Shown here in pieces: positions 20,879-30,286 of a stretch of DNA of 64,000 nucleotides. A program made the translations under genes and the position numbers. Source of the DNA: Chloroflexota bacterium (lineage in GTDB: Bacteria; Chloroflexota; UBA11872); contig JAJECS010000015.1 in the NCBI GenBank assembly GCA_022821905.1, positions 4,867 through 68,866 on the forward strand. The letters run 5' to 3'. Positions within the stretch are counted from its first letter, which is position 1; each line of letters begins with the position of its first letter. Under the pieces are notes generated by a model. It saw only the letters and a list, made by a program, of their open reading frames with translations. It was not told the origin of the DNA and did no database searches.

Positions 20879-23002
20879 CTATGCGTCCGGGATGAACCAC
20901 TGGAACGCGCGGTAGGGCTTCGTGAAGTTGGCCCCAGCGCCGAACCACAGGTTCTCCTCGTCGTCCGGGAAGTTCTTCACCCGGTTGTTGATGATCACCG
21001 GCTGCGGGGCAAGCCCCACGGTGCCGATCACCGTCAACTGCTCCGCCTGCCACCCGAAGTACTGCCGACCGAGGTCGTCGTACTCGTCGGTGCCGGGCGC
21101 TGCCAGCTGCCAGGCGAACTTCAACTCGGCGTTGGCCTTGATCTCGGCCGGCGGCTCGGCGCCCTCGGCGCCGTCGGTGGCGAACCACCGGGTCCAACCG
21201 CCCGCCCAGACGGCGCGCTTGCCCTTGTAGCCCCAGACCCACGGGACCCAGCGGGTGAAGTACCCGGCGGCTTCCGTGTGCTCGGTACCGATCATGATCT
21301 CGGTGAGCTGGTCCAAGCGCTCCTCGTACAGCGGGCGCTCCATCTGGTTCCACTGCGTGTCGAGACCGACGTCACGCCAGTTCTCGGCCACCAGCTCGGC
21401 GATCGCGTCCTTCGGGCCTTCCTGGTCACCGATCTCGAAGATCAGCGTCAGGCGCTCGCCGTCCGGTCGCAGGCGCCAGCCTTCGCCGTCGCGCTGGTCG
21501 AGGCCGATGCCGTCGAGCAGCTCGTTGGCCTTGGCCGGGTCGAACTCGGTGTGGATCGTGCCCCAGTGGTCCTCGTAGAACGTGTAGCTCGGGAGGATCG
21601 TGCCCTGGAAGGGCGTCGCCAGACCGAAGAACACGGCATCGTTGATGGCGTCACGGTCGATGGCCACTGACAGCGCGATACGGAAGTCGAGCTCCTGGAA
21701 GATCTCGGCGACCGCCGCGTCCTTGTACGTCCAGTTGGGCTGGAGCGCCAAGGCCGAGCTTCGGAGCGCCTTGCTGATCAGCGTCCGGTAGTTGCCCGAG
21801 GCCTCGTTGTCGCGGTACAGCGGCATGTTGTTGAAGTCGAGCTCGAACTGCCCGAAGTCCAACGATCCCGCCGTGATGCGGATCTGGTAGACCTCTTTGT
21901 CCGACAGCAACTCGTAGTCGAGACCGTCCACGTAGGGAAGCTGGTGCCCCTCGGTGTCGACGATGTGGTAGTACGGGTTGCGTTCGAGCGCGGCGCGGTC
22001 CGCCGAGTGAGCCGTCAACGTCCACGGCGCCAGCACCGGACGGTTCACCGCATGCTCGGTAAACCAGGTCTGGTGCGCGCCCCAGCGCATCTTGGCCTTG
22101 AAGAGCTGCGTCCAGTCGTCGAATCCCTCGTCGGTCGCCATCTTCGGGGCGTCCGCGTTGAAGTCGGCGTGGTACTGCTCCATGTAGTGCGACGACAGGT
22201 AGAACCCGCGCTCGCTACCACCACGGCCAAGCCGGTCCAGCAGGATCGGCACTGGGTCCGGGTAGGAAATCTCAACCGTCAACTCGTCCGGAGTCTCGAC
22301 CTTCGGCGGCTTGCCGTTGATCTTCGGCCCCGGCCCGGACGGCGACAACTCCTCGTTGACCATGTAGTTGTCGTAGTGCCACTGGAAGTTCGCGGACGTG
22401 AACGGAGCCCCGTCCGACCACTTGTGGCCCTTGCGCAACTCGTAGACAACGGTGGTGCCGTCGGAACTCACGTAGTGGTTCTTGACGGCGTCGTTGACGA
22501 GCGCGGTGCCCTCCATGTTGTAGGCCACGGCGTCGGTGCGGTTGGCGTTGCCGATGTCCACCGAAATCGCCACGCTGGCCCAGTTCGTGCGGCCACCGTA
22601 GTTGCCGATCGCTTCCCACGGCTGCCAGACCAGCGGCTCGTCGGGTAGACGCTCTTCAACTGGCGGAAGCTCACCCGCGGCAACCATGTCGGCCAGCGCC
22701 GGCGCTTCCTTGTAGTCCTTGCCGAGGTCATAGGTCATGCCCGTGTTGCGGTCGTGCTCGGGCATCATGTCGCCGGGCGCTTCCGTCATCGCCGCAGTCG
22801 GAGCAGCCGTCGGCGCCGCTGTCGGAGCGGCGGTCGGTGCGGCCGTCGGCGCCGCCGTCGGCGCTTCCGTCATCGCCGCAGCCGGAGTCGCCTCTGCGAC
22901 TTCGTCTTCAGCTTCACCACAGGCGGCCAGCACGCCAACGGCGGCAGCCCCCGCGGTCACGGCGAGCATTCGCCGTCTACTAAGCAACAGGTCCTTCGTC
23001 AT
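20879..23002 (-). CDS. ABC transporter substrate-binding protein family 5 (Opp/Dpp-type), Tat-exported lipoprotein, unusually large (~707 aa)
   Basis: Twin-arginine signal SRRRML + lipobox LAAC; SBP_bac_5-like core; start taken at the internal ATG (MTKDLL…) at 23002. Confidence 0.8.
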   Translation of the reverse strand: MTKDLLLSRRRMLAVTAGAAAVGVLAACGEAEDEVAEATPAAAMTEAPTAAPTAAPTAAPTAAPTAAPTAAMTEAPGDMMPEHDRNTGMTYDLGKDYKEAPALADMVAAGELPPVEERLPDEPLVWQPWEAIGNYGGRTNWASVAISVDIGNANRTDAVAYNMEGTALVNDAVKNHYVSSDGTTVVYELRKGHKWSDGAPFTSANFQWHYDNYMVNEELSPSGPGPKINGKPPKVETPDELTVEISYPDPVPILLDRLGRGGSERGFYLSSHYMEQYHADFNADAPKMATDEGFDDWTQLFKAKMRWGAHQTWFTEHAVNRPVLAPWTLTAHSADRAALERNPYYHIVDTEGHQLPYVDGLDYELLSDKEVYQIRITAGSLDFGQFELDFNNMPLYRDNEASGNYRTLISKALRSSALALQPNWTYKDAAVAEIFQELDFRIALSVAIDRDAINDAVFFGLATPFQGTILPSYTFYEDHWGTIHTEFDPAKANELLDGIGLDQRDGEGWRLRPDGERLTLIFEIGDQEGPKDAIAELVAENWRDVGLDTQWNQMERPLYEERLDQLTEIMIGTEHTEAAGYFTRWVPWVWGYKGKRAVWAGGWTRWFATDGAEGAEPPAEIKANAELKFAWQLAAPGTDEYDDLGRQYFGWQAEQLTVIGTVGLAPQPVIINNRVKNFPDDEENLWFGAGANFTKPYRAFQWFIPDA
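22794..22866. repeat. Tandem 12-bp repeat (x5-6) encoding a (PTAA)n linker after the lipobox of the SBP
   Basis: gccgtcggcgcc-type units visible on the + strand; protein repeat APTAAPTAAPTAAPTAAPTAA. Confidence 0.7.
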
Positions 23003-23491
23003 CCTCTCCCCCTTCTGGTCTCTACGGTCCCTTGGCGACACTCCGGCCGCCGATTCGGCGCTCAGCGTGGCGCCAACGAACGACTGACGCACGCATGTCC
23101 TCTGCTCCCACGCGCGCCGAATCTAGAGATACGCGAACTTGCCACAGTTTGAATGGATGGCGTCGCGAACGTCACGCCGAATATTGCCATAAGCATCCGG
23201 CGCTGTCTGCCTCCCACCCGTGCGACCGAGTTCACGAGCGCATTCCCGTCGAACTCCACCTGCTGGAAAGCCTCCCTAGCGTGCACAGCAGATGCTGCGT
23301 ACGCAGCGGCCCAACCTGCCCAAAGGCGGTTCGGGTGCCGACAATACCCGTTGGCGAATTCGCATGTCAACGCGGCGGGATGCCGCGCAACGAATCTGCC
23401 AGTCCGCAGCCTCGCTCCGGCTGTAGGCGCCCTGCTAGCACTCGCGCTGCCGGGCATTGACGAGTAGCATGCCGCGGTACCGCCTGCCCCC

Positions 23492-23512
23492 ACATTGTGG
23501 CCTGCCACATGT
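23492..23512. promoter_or_regulatory. Palindrome TGTGGC-CT-GCCACA overlapping the GH42 paralog-2 start codon
   Basis: 6-2-6 perfect inverted repeat, flanked by ACAT/ATGT, immediately 5' of and overlapping ATG 23509. Confidence 0.3.
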
Positions 23513-25614
23513 CTGAGCCAGCCTTCGTCGGCATTCCCGACCACCCGTTTCCCGTCGGCACGGAGCACTACCGCGGACCGATTCCCAAGCTCGACGTGTG
23601 GGACGGCGACTACGCGCGCATCCGGGCGTCCGGCATGCGCATCGTTCGCAGTCACTCCTATTGGAACCACATGGAGCCCCGGCCGGGGCAATACGAGCTG
23701 GACGACTTCGACCTCATGTTCGACCTGGGGGAGAAGCACGGCCTCTATGTCTGGCTCGACATCATGCTGGGCACCCACGGTGCGTGCCCCGAGTGGCTGA
23801 CCCGCGAACACCCGGACATGCGAGTGGTCAACTATCTGGGGCAAACGGTGTCGTCGCATGCGAGCGGGGCCTATCCGCAGGGCGGCGTGATCCACTGCTA
23901 CGACCATCCGGCCTGGCGCGAATACGGCGGCGGCCTGCTGCGGCATGTCGTCAATAGATATAAGGACAGGCCGAGCCTGCTGATCTGGGGACTCTGGGAC
24001 GGCGTCAACTACTCCGCCGCCTGGAGTCCGCAAGGCGGCGGCTACCCGTGCTACTGCGAGCACACCCTCGCCAAATACAAGGCCTGGTTGCGCGAGCGAT
24101 ACACCTTGGACGAGTTGAACGAACGCTTTCTGCGCCGCTATCGGCGCTGGGAAGACGTCCAGCCGCCACGCTCCCACAACAATGTCGTCGAGATGCTGGT
24201 CTACCGCCGATTCCACTACGAAAACCTGGCCGACCACTTGAAGTGGATGGTGGACACGGCAAACGCCATCGATCCCCACCACGAGAAGCGGGCGCACGGC
24301 GCGTGGTTCCCGCGTCCGTGGGATGAGATCTGCGCTCCCTACGCGGATAGCTGGGGCATGTCGATGCCGTCCAACAACCTGCTCACCTCGGACGATCCCT
24401 ACAAGATTGCGGAGCGGGCGTTCGCGTTCGATTGGTCGCGCAGCGTCGGCAAGAGCGGCCGCTGGTGGAACGAGGAGATCTACGCCGGGATGTCGCCGGG
24501 CGGGGTGACCTGGACCAAGCAATCCGACCCGCAGGAGACAACCACGCTCCTCTGGATGACCCTGGCCCACGGCGCCGCCGGCGCGATGTTCTGGCAGTAC
24601 CGCCCCGAATACCTGAGCTTCGAGTCGCCCGGGTACAGCCTGACGGCGCTGGACGGTCGCGACACGCCGCGGCTCACCTCCGCGGAGGAGGCCATCGGTC
24701 AGATCCAGGGTCTCCGGGAGCACCTGCCGCTGGAGTGTCCGCCGGCCGACGTGGCCGTGATCTACCACCCGGAGTCGCAGGAGCTGTTCAACTACAACGA
24801 GCACGGCGACCGGTTCACGGCCGACGTGCGCGGCACGTATCGCACCTTGTGGGCCAACGGCATCCCGGCCGACGTGCTCTCCCCGAACATGGACTGGTCC
24901 GGCTACAAGCTGGTGATCATGCCCAACGCGGCGCTCATGACCGACGCGCTGCAGCGCCGGATCGAGGAGACGCTCGAAAACTCGCCCGAGACCCGGATCG
25001 TCGCCGAGGGCAGTTTCGGCATGTACTCTGCGGACGGCCAATCGAGCTACGCGCCCCCGCAGGGGTTTGCCGAGCGGTTCGGCGTGCGCGTGGCCGACTT
25101 TTCCGGAGTTTCCGAATTCGACATCCGCGAAGGCCGCAATCAACTGACCACGGCCTACGGCGACCTGGCGATTTCCAGTCCTTGCGGCTATGCCGTGCTC
25201 GAACCTCTGGGTTCGACCAAGTCGGTGGCGACGCTCGACGGAGCGACGGTGGCGGTGCAGACGGAGGACGAGCGATTCACCTGGTTCGGCTTCACCATGT
25301 CGGCGGGGTTTGGCGACGTGGGCGTGCCGGACATCGTGCTGGGACTGGCGCGGGACGCCGGCGTGACCGCACCGATCGAGGTCGCGGGCGATCGGGTGGT
25401 GCCGGTGGTGCGGCGTTCGAGCCTCGGAGGACGGCTGCTCTTCGTGTTTAACGTCGAGCGCACAGCGGCCCGGTGTCGGCTGCGTCCGCGCGAAACCGCC
25501 GCGGCGGCCCGCGATCTGCTCACGCACACAGACCTTGCGGTGACCGACGGCTCGTTCGAACTGGAGATCGAGCCGTGGGGCCGCGCGGTCATTCATCTGC
25601 CGGATCCCGCGTGA
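23509..25614 (+). CDS. GH42-like glycoside hydrolase, paralog 2
   Basis: N-terminus MSEPAFVGIPDHPFPVG aligns with paralog 1 MSSNNQFGIPGVPFPVG; the same CYC motif (YPCYCEHTLAKY); divergent from the SBP operon. Confidence 0.8.
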   Translation: MSEPAFVGIPDHPFPVGTEHYRGPIPKLDVWDGDYARIRASGMRIVRSHSYWNHMEPRPGQYELDDFDLMFDLGEKHGLYVWLDIMLGTHGACPEWLTREHPDMRVVNYLGQTVSSHASGAYPQGGVIHCYDHPAWREYGGGLLRHVVNRYKDRPSLLIWGLWDGVNYSAAWSPQGGGYPCYCEHTLAKYKAWLRERYTLDELNERFLRRYRRWEDVQPPRSHNNVVEMLVYRRFHYENLADHLKWMVDTANAIDPHHEKRAHGAWFPRPWDEICAPYADSWGMSMPSNNLLTSDDPYKIAERAFAFDWSRSVGKSGRWWNEEIYAGMSPGGVTWTKQSDPQETTTLLWMTLAHGAAGAMFWQYRPEYLSFESPGYSLTALDGRDTPRLTSAEEAIGQIQGLREHLPLECPPADVAVIYHPESQELFNYNEHGDRFTADVRGTYRTLWANGIPADVLSPNMDWSGYKLVIMPNAALMTDALQRRIEETLENSPETRIVAEGSFGMYSADGQSSYAPPQGFAERFGVRVADFSGVSEFDIREGRNQLTTAYGDLAISSPCGYAVLEPLGSTKSVATLDGATVAVQTEDERFTWFGFTMSAGFGDVGVPDIVLGLARDAGVTAPIEVAGDRVVPVVRRSSLGGRLLFVFNVERTAARCRLRPRETAAAARDLLTHTDLAVTDGSFELEIEPWGRAVIHLPDPA

Positions 25615-25673
25615 CGCAGCCAGTGAATCTGCCCGACATGGCCTGCCGGGCCGTCGGCTAGCGCGACCTCCTG

Positions 25674-27617
25674 ATGGCTGCACCTCGACGACGCCCCGTC
25701 TGGTCACGGCTCCGCGAAGGCAGCGGCGGCACGGTCACGTGCCTGGCGGCCGCGCCGATTGGATCGGGGTCGTCGGCCGTGCTCGCGGGAACGTTGAGCG
25801 GGCTGTTCCTATCGCCCGACGGTGGACAGAACTGGGTGCGCGCGGCCGGCGGCATCGGCGCGCCCTACGTGCAATCCGCGGCGGTTTCACCGACGTTTGC
25901 CACGGACCACACGCTGTTGGTTGGCACCGTCGACGCGTCGGCGTTCGTGTCCATCGACGGCGGGGCGACCTGGCGCGACACGTTCTTCTGGGGCGCCACG
26001 GCCAGTGTCACGTCCGCCGCCTTCTCGCCGCAGTACGCCCAGGACCGGCTGGCGATCGTGGGCACGGCGGACAGCGGCGTATACGTGTCCGCCAACCTCG
26101 GTCGAACGTGGAATGCGCAAAACGACGGCCTGGACGACCAGCAGGTCCTCGCCGTGGCCGTGTCGCCGGGCCCCCCGCACCAGGAGCGCGTGCTGGCCGG
26201 CACCGAGAGCGGCCTGTACATGCGCGCCCGAGGCGCGAGCGCCTGGCGCCTGGCCGACGATTGCGCCAAGGGTCATCCCATCCAGGCGCTCGAGTTCGTG
26301 GCGCATCCGGATGCCTACACGGCCTATGCCGCCACCGAGGGCGCCGGTCTCTACCGCACCACGACCAACGGGCTCACCTGGCAGCAGGTGCCCGAGGTCG
26401 GCGACGCGACGACCGTGAACGCGCTGGCGATCTCTCCCAACTACGGCCAAGACGGCATGGTCTTCATCGCAACCGCCGAGCGCGGCTTGCTGCGGACGAG
26501 CGACCGGGGCGAGACCTGGGAGAAAGTCGGCGACATTGACGGCCGCGCGATCCTGACCCTGACCTTGGCTGAAACCGGCACCGGCTGGTCGCTGCTCGCC
26601 GGCCTTTACGAAGGCGGCGTGTGGCGATCCGACGACCATGGCGAGACGTGGCGGCGCAGTGACGATGGCCTTGCCAGCCGTCCGCTGCTATCGCTGGCCG
26701 CGTCCCCGGCCTTCGCGGACGACGGCACCCTCATCGCCGGCACCGCCGACGAAGGGTTGTTGTGCTCGCACGACGCCGGTCGCACGTGGTCGCCACCGGC
26801 TGCCGCGCCCGACGCGCCCACGATTCCCGCCCTCGCCATGTCGCCGGAATTCGGAAACGACAAGCGTGTGCTCGCCATCGCCGGGTCGGACGTTCAGCAA
26901 AGCACCGACGGCGGCAAACACTGGGATCAGATGGCCGGTCTGCCCGAAAATCTTGCCCCCGCGAGCCTGACGATCGGGTCCGGGGGGCGTCTGGCCCTGG
27001 GCGGCGCGGCCGGCGAGCTTCAGCTTTCCGACGACGGCGGATCGACCTGGCGCCAGGTTGCCGAACGGTTTGGCAACGGACGCTTGGTGGCGATTGCCTT
27101 CTCGCCGCGGGTGGCCAGCGATGGAACGATCTTCGTCACCTCGATTGCGGATGGGCGCATCCGCCTCTATCACACGCGCGACGCCGGGGTGACCTGGGTG
27201 CGGGTATTCGAGCAGGGCGCGCGCGGGCAACTGGCTCCGATCGCCGTGCCGTCCAACTACCGCGACGCGAAGGCGTTCGTGGGCGTGGTTGCCGGTCGCG
27301 ATGTCTTCACGCCCAACGGCCCACGCATGGCGTCGTGGGTCGAAGGCCGGGTGAGCGTGGATCGGCAAGCCGCGGTCACGAGCCTGGTGGTATCGCCAAA
27401 CTTCGGGCGCACGGGCCGGTTCTACGCCGGCACCGGCCTGGGGCTGTTCCACTCGCGGGATCGTGGACACACATGGAGCCCCGCCGGCGGCCGCAACGCC
27501 CCCGCGAACGTGACCTGCGTCACCGCGGCCATCGAAGCCTCGGGCGCCGAGGCGGTGTTCGCGGGCACGCTGGACGGGGATGTCTGGCGCCGAGGTCCGC
27601 GCGAGACGACCGACTAA
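25674..27617 (+). CDS. Multi-Asp-box (about 11 copies of S/T-x-D-x-G-x-T-W) beta-propeller protein (GH74-/Ycf48-like architecture)
   Basis: Repeated SPDGGQNW, SIDGGATW, TSDRGETW, SDDHGETW, STDGGKHW, SDDGGSTW, TRDAGVTW, SRDRGHTW and others. Confidence 0.7.
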   Translation: MAAPRRRPVWSRLREGSGGTVTCLAAAPIGSGSSAVLAGTLSGLFLSPDGGQNWVRAAGGIGAPYVQSAAVSPTFATDHTLLVGTVDASAFVSIDGGATWRDTFFWGATASVTSAAFSPQYAQDRLAIVGTADSGVYVSANLGRTWNAQNDGLDDQQVLAVAVSPGPPHQERVLAGTESGLYMRARGASAWRLADDCAKGHPIQALEFVAHPDAYTAYAATEGAGLYRTTTNGLTWQQVPEVGDATTVNALAISPNYGQDGMVFIATAERGLLRTSDRGETWEKVGDIDGRAILTLTLAETGTGWSLLAGLYEGGVWRSDDHGETWRRSDDGLASRPLLSLAASPAFADDGTLIAGTADEGLLCSHDAGRTWSPPAAAPDAPTIPALAMSPEFGNDKRVLAIAGSDVQQSTDGGKHWDQMAGLPENLAPASLTIGSGGRLALGGAAGELQLSDDGGSTWRQVAERFGNGRLVAIAFSPRVASDGTIFVTSIADGRIRLYHTRDAGVTWVRVFEQGARGQLAPIAVPSNYRDAKAFVGVVAGRDVFTPNGPRMASWVEGRVSVDRQAAVTSLVVSPNFGRTGRFYAGTGLGLFHSRDRGHTWSPAGGRNAPANVTCVTAAIEASGAEAVFAGTLDGDVWRRGPRETTD

Positions 27618-27632
27618 CGCGGTCGGCGCACC

Positions 27633-29408
27633 CTAGCCGGGCGTGTCGTAGGAGAAGTCCCAGTCTCCAAGCGTCGTGAGCGTACGCTGCGGCGCTGAAA
27701 GATCCGGTTGCCCGGCTTGGTGCCAGGCCTCGATGTTCTCGCGATGCCCCAGCGAACGCAGTCCCTTAAAGGAATCGTGCGCCGTGGTGCAGTCCCAGAA
27801 GAACAGCCGCTCGACGCCCGTGCGATAGATGCGGGCGGCTGCGTGCTGGTACTCCTCCGGGGTCATGGACCGCGGCAGCACGCTTGCGGCCAGCTCGACC
27901 GGCGTATCCCGAACAAGGTCGAGGAAGAACTCCAGCTGGCGCTCGGGTTCGTCCCAGGCGGGCACCCGGCTGTTGAGCTCCGGCGCCGACGTGTAGGGAA
28001 TGATCGTGTCGATCAATCCTTCGGCCACCCACGCCCGCAGATCCAGCGCCCGGTGCAAGTTCTCGGCCTCGTCCTTCATTACGATGGCCGAGACGTGGAT
28101 CGGCTTGTCCCGCCCAGTGGCCGCCGCCACTTCCGCCAGCCCGGCCCGCAGCTCGCGCATGAAATCGGTCATCACGCGCGCCCTGAACCGCAGCCAGTCC
28201 GGATCGTGCTCGTCGAGCTGGTGGGGATCCTGGCCGGACGCGGCCTTGAACGCTTCGACGATATGCGGCTCGTACTCGGTGAACGGCGGGCGGCGGTTAT
28301 AGAGCAAGCACACGCCGTCCACACCCTTTTCGGCCATCTCACGCAGCAGCGAGACGGCAAACGCGCGGAAGCCCGGATAGGCGTACGACAGCCGTGGGGT
28401 GATCCGCCCGTCGCGATCGATACTGCGCCACTCGGGATGCGCGCCGAAGACGCCCGCTCCGGAGTTGAAGTGGTCGTTGGGCGGCGGGTAGTGGAAGCCG
28501 GTCACACGCCAGGAGGCGTGCATCTCCAAGCCCATGTCGTGCACGTGCTCGATGGCGACGTCGTAGGGGTCGACGCCCAGGTCGCGGAAGATCCGCCAGG
28601 ACTCCGACTGGACGCGGTAGCCGACGTGCGAAAAGTCATCGTGGGCGTCCAGCGTGTGGTCGCGCGCAATCTTGGTGAAGTAGTTGAGGAGGTCGCCGCC
28701 GCCGGACTCCAGGTAAATCCGCGCGAAGTCGGTGTTGCGATATGGCTCGAGGTGGCCCTGAATGTCCTCCGGCGTGGTTGGGCGGGAGTGCCCCATCCAA
28801 CCGTGGTTGTCGTCGTGGGCGAAGAGTCGCTTGGTATCAGTCCGGGCGCGGTCGGCGTGCAGCGCCTCGACCTCGCCATCGGTAAGGGGCACCAGCTTGA
28901 TGTAGGCCGGGCGGGCCGGCTTGCAGTCGCAAATCCCATCCGGCTGCGTCACGTCGGCCGAAACCGCGATCTGCTTCAACTGCACGTCCTGGCCGGTGAG
29001 GTCGGCGATCTTGAAGAAGGTCTCCGTCAGTTGCACGCCACCGCCGGGCTGGGGGTTGATGCGCGGCGGGAGATGCAGCTGGGAAAAACCACGCTCGCCG
29101 CTCAGCTTCGCCAGCAGATCGCCGCTCCACTCGTACAGCTCGTGGTCGTGCACCAACTGGCCAATCGAGACCGCGTGCCAGCCGCTCACGCCAAGCGGAA
29201 GCGTCACCTCCGGCGCCGCCGTGTTGTCGCCGGCGTAAAGCAGCGTGCCGTTGAAGTCCGCGGTGGAGTAGGCGAACGCGCGCCAGCGGCCGGTTCTGGC
29301 TTCCGACGATAAGGCCTCCGCCGGCTGGCAGCGGTCGAGATTCGTGAGATAGATCGGCGGCTGGGACAGACCGAGATCGCCGATGTGCGCGGTGCCTGCT
29401 GTGGACAT
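27633..29408 (-). CDS. Hypothetical protein, putative glycoside-hydrolase-like TIM-barrel (GHL/DUF-type) with an N-terminal beta-rich domain
   Basis: Protein-like 592-aa ORF from ATG 29408 (MSTAGTAHIGDL…); family assignment uncertain. Confidence 0.5.
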   Translation of the reverse strand: MSTAGTAHIGDLGLSQPPIYLTNLDRCQPAEALSSEARTGRWRAFAYSTADFNGTLLYAGDNTAAPEVTLPLGVSGWHAVSIGQLVHDHELYEWSGDLLAKLSGERGFSQLHLPPRINPQPGGGVQLTETFFKIADLTGQDVQLKQIAVSADVTQPDGICDCKPARPAYIKLVPLTDGEVEALHADRARTDTKRLFAHDDNHGWMGHSRPTTPEDIQGHLEPYRNTDFARIYLESGGGDLLNYFTKIARDHTLDAHDDFSHVGYRVQSESWRIFRDLGVDPYDVAIEHVHDMGLEMHASWRVTGFHYPPPNDHFNSGAGVFGAHPEWRSIDRDGRITPRLSYAYPGFRAFAVSLLREMAEKGVDGVCLLYNRRPPFTEYEPHIVEAFKAASGQDPHQLDEHDPDWLRFRARVMTDFMRELRAGLAEVAAATGRDKPIHVSAIVMKDEAENLHRALDLRAWVAEGLIDTIIPYTSAPELNSRVPAWDEPERQLEFFLDLVRDTPVELAASVLPRSMTPEEYQHAAARIYRTGVERLFFWDCTTAHDSFKGLRSLGHRENIEAWHQAGQPDLSAPQRTLTTLGDWDFSYDTPG

Positions 29409-29451
29409 TCGAAACCACCTTTGCGGCAAGCGGGCGGGACTTCCGGCCGCG

Positions 29452-30270
29452 GTGGGCGGCCGCCACGGTGCCGCAGTATGCTCCGGTCGGCACGGCCTCG
29501 ACAAAGCGAACGCGGTTATCTTCCCTAATCCGGTCAAAGAGAAGCTCGCGCGGGGCGAGGTGTCGATCGGCTCCTGGCTCAACTTGGCCTCGCCGCTGGC
29601 GGCGGAAGTGCTGGCCGAGGCCGGCTATGAATGGCTGGCCATCGACACCGAGCACACGGCCTGGGACGTGGCCGAGATCACACACGCCGTGCGGGCCATC
29701 GAGGCGCGAGGCGCGGTGCCGATGGCTCGCGCCTGGTCGCACGAGCCGGAAGGTCTCGGACGCATCCTGGACACTGGCGTGATGGGCCTTATCGTCCCGC
29801 ACGTGAGCACGGTGGATCAGGCCGAGGCCATTGCCGACGCCGTGCGCTACGCGCCGCGCGGCCATCGGTCGGGCGGCAACTCACGCGCCGCCATCTCCGC
29901 CGACTACGTGTCACACGTCAACGACAACCTGCTGGTGTGCCCGCAGATCGAAGACCGCGAGGGCGTCGAGAACATCGCCGAGATCATGGCGGTGGACGGC
30001 ATGGACGTCGCATTCATCGGTCCGAACGATCTCGTCGTGGCGCTGGGCTATGCGCGTGCCGAGGTCTATCGCGCGCCGGAGCACCTGGAAGCCATGGCCC
30101 GGATCCTCGCCGGGGCGCAGGCAAACGGCAAGCCCGCGGGAACGCCCGCCCCGACGGTCGCGCACGCGCGGCAATTCATTGCCCAAGGATTCACGTTCAT
30201 CGATGTCTCCAGCGATCTGCGCATGCTGGCCCAGGTCGCGTCGCAGGAACTGCAGGCGGTCCGCGCCTGA
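29452..30270 (+). CDS. HpcH/HpaI family 2-keto-3-deoxy-acid aldolase
   Basis: …GSWLNLASPLAAEVLAEAGYEWLAIDTEHTAWD… matches the HpcH core; start uncertain (no in-frame ATG near the conserved N-terminus; in-frame GTG 29452 proposed; the ORF-track ATG 29383 would overlap the divergent gene). Confidence 0.65.
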   Translation: MGGRHGAAVCSGRHGLDKANAVIFPNPVKEKLARGEVSIGSWLNLASPLAAEVLAEAGYEWLAIDTEHTAWDVAEITHAVRAIEARGAVPMARAWSHEPEGLGRILDTGVMGLIVPHVSTVDQAEAIADAVRYAPRGHRSGGNSRAAISADYVSHVNDNLLVCPQIEDREGVENIAEIMAVDGMDVAFIGPNDLVVALGYARAEVYRAPEHLEAMARILAGAQANGKPAGTPAPTVAHARQFIAQGFTFIDVSSDLRMLAQVASQELQAVRA

Positions 30271-30286
30271 GCTGAAAGGACGACCC

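Noticed and set aside
22780-22880. Possible CRISPR-like or mobile short-repeat array
   Set aside because: The 12-bp periodic repeat is in-frame coding sequence for a PTAA linker inside the SBP gene, with no spacers. No CRISPR array was seen anywhere in the window.
29831-30286. N-terminal 150-aa extension of the BNR-B1 ORF as given in the ORF track
   Set aside because: It overlaps the HpcH aldolase gene in another frame and has junk-like composition. The ATG at 30287 with an MAPAST… N-terminus fits better.
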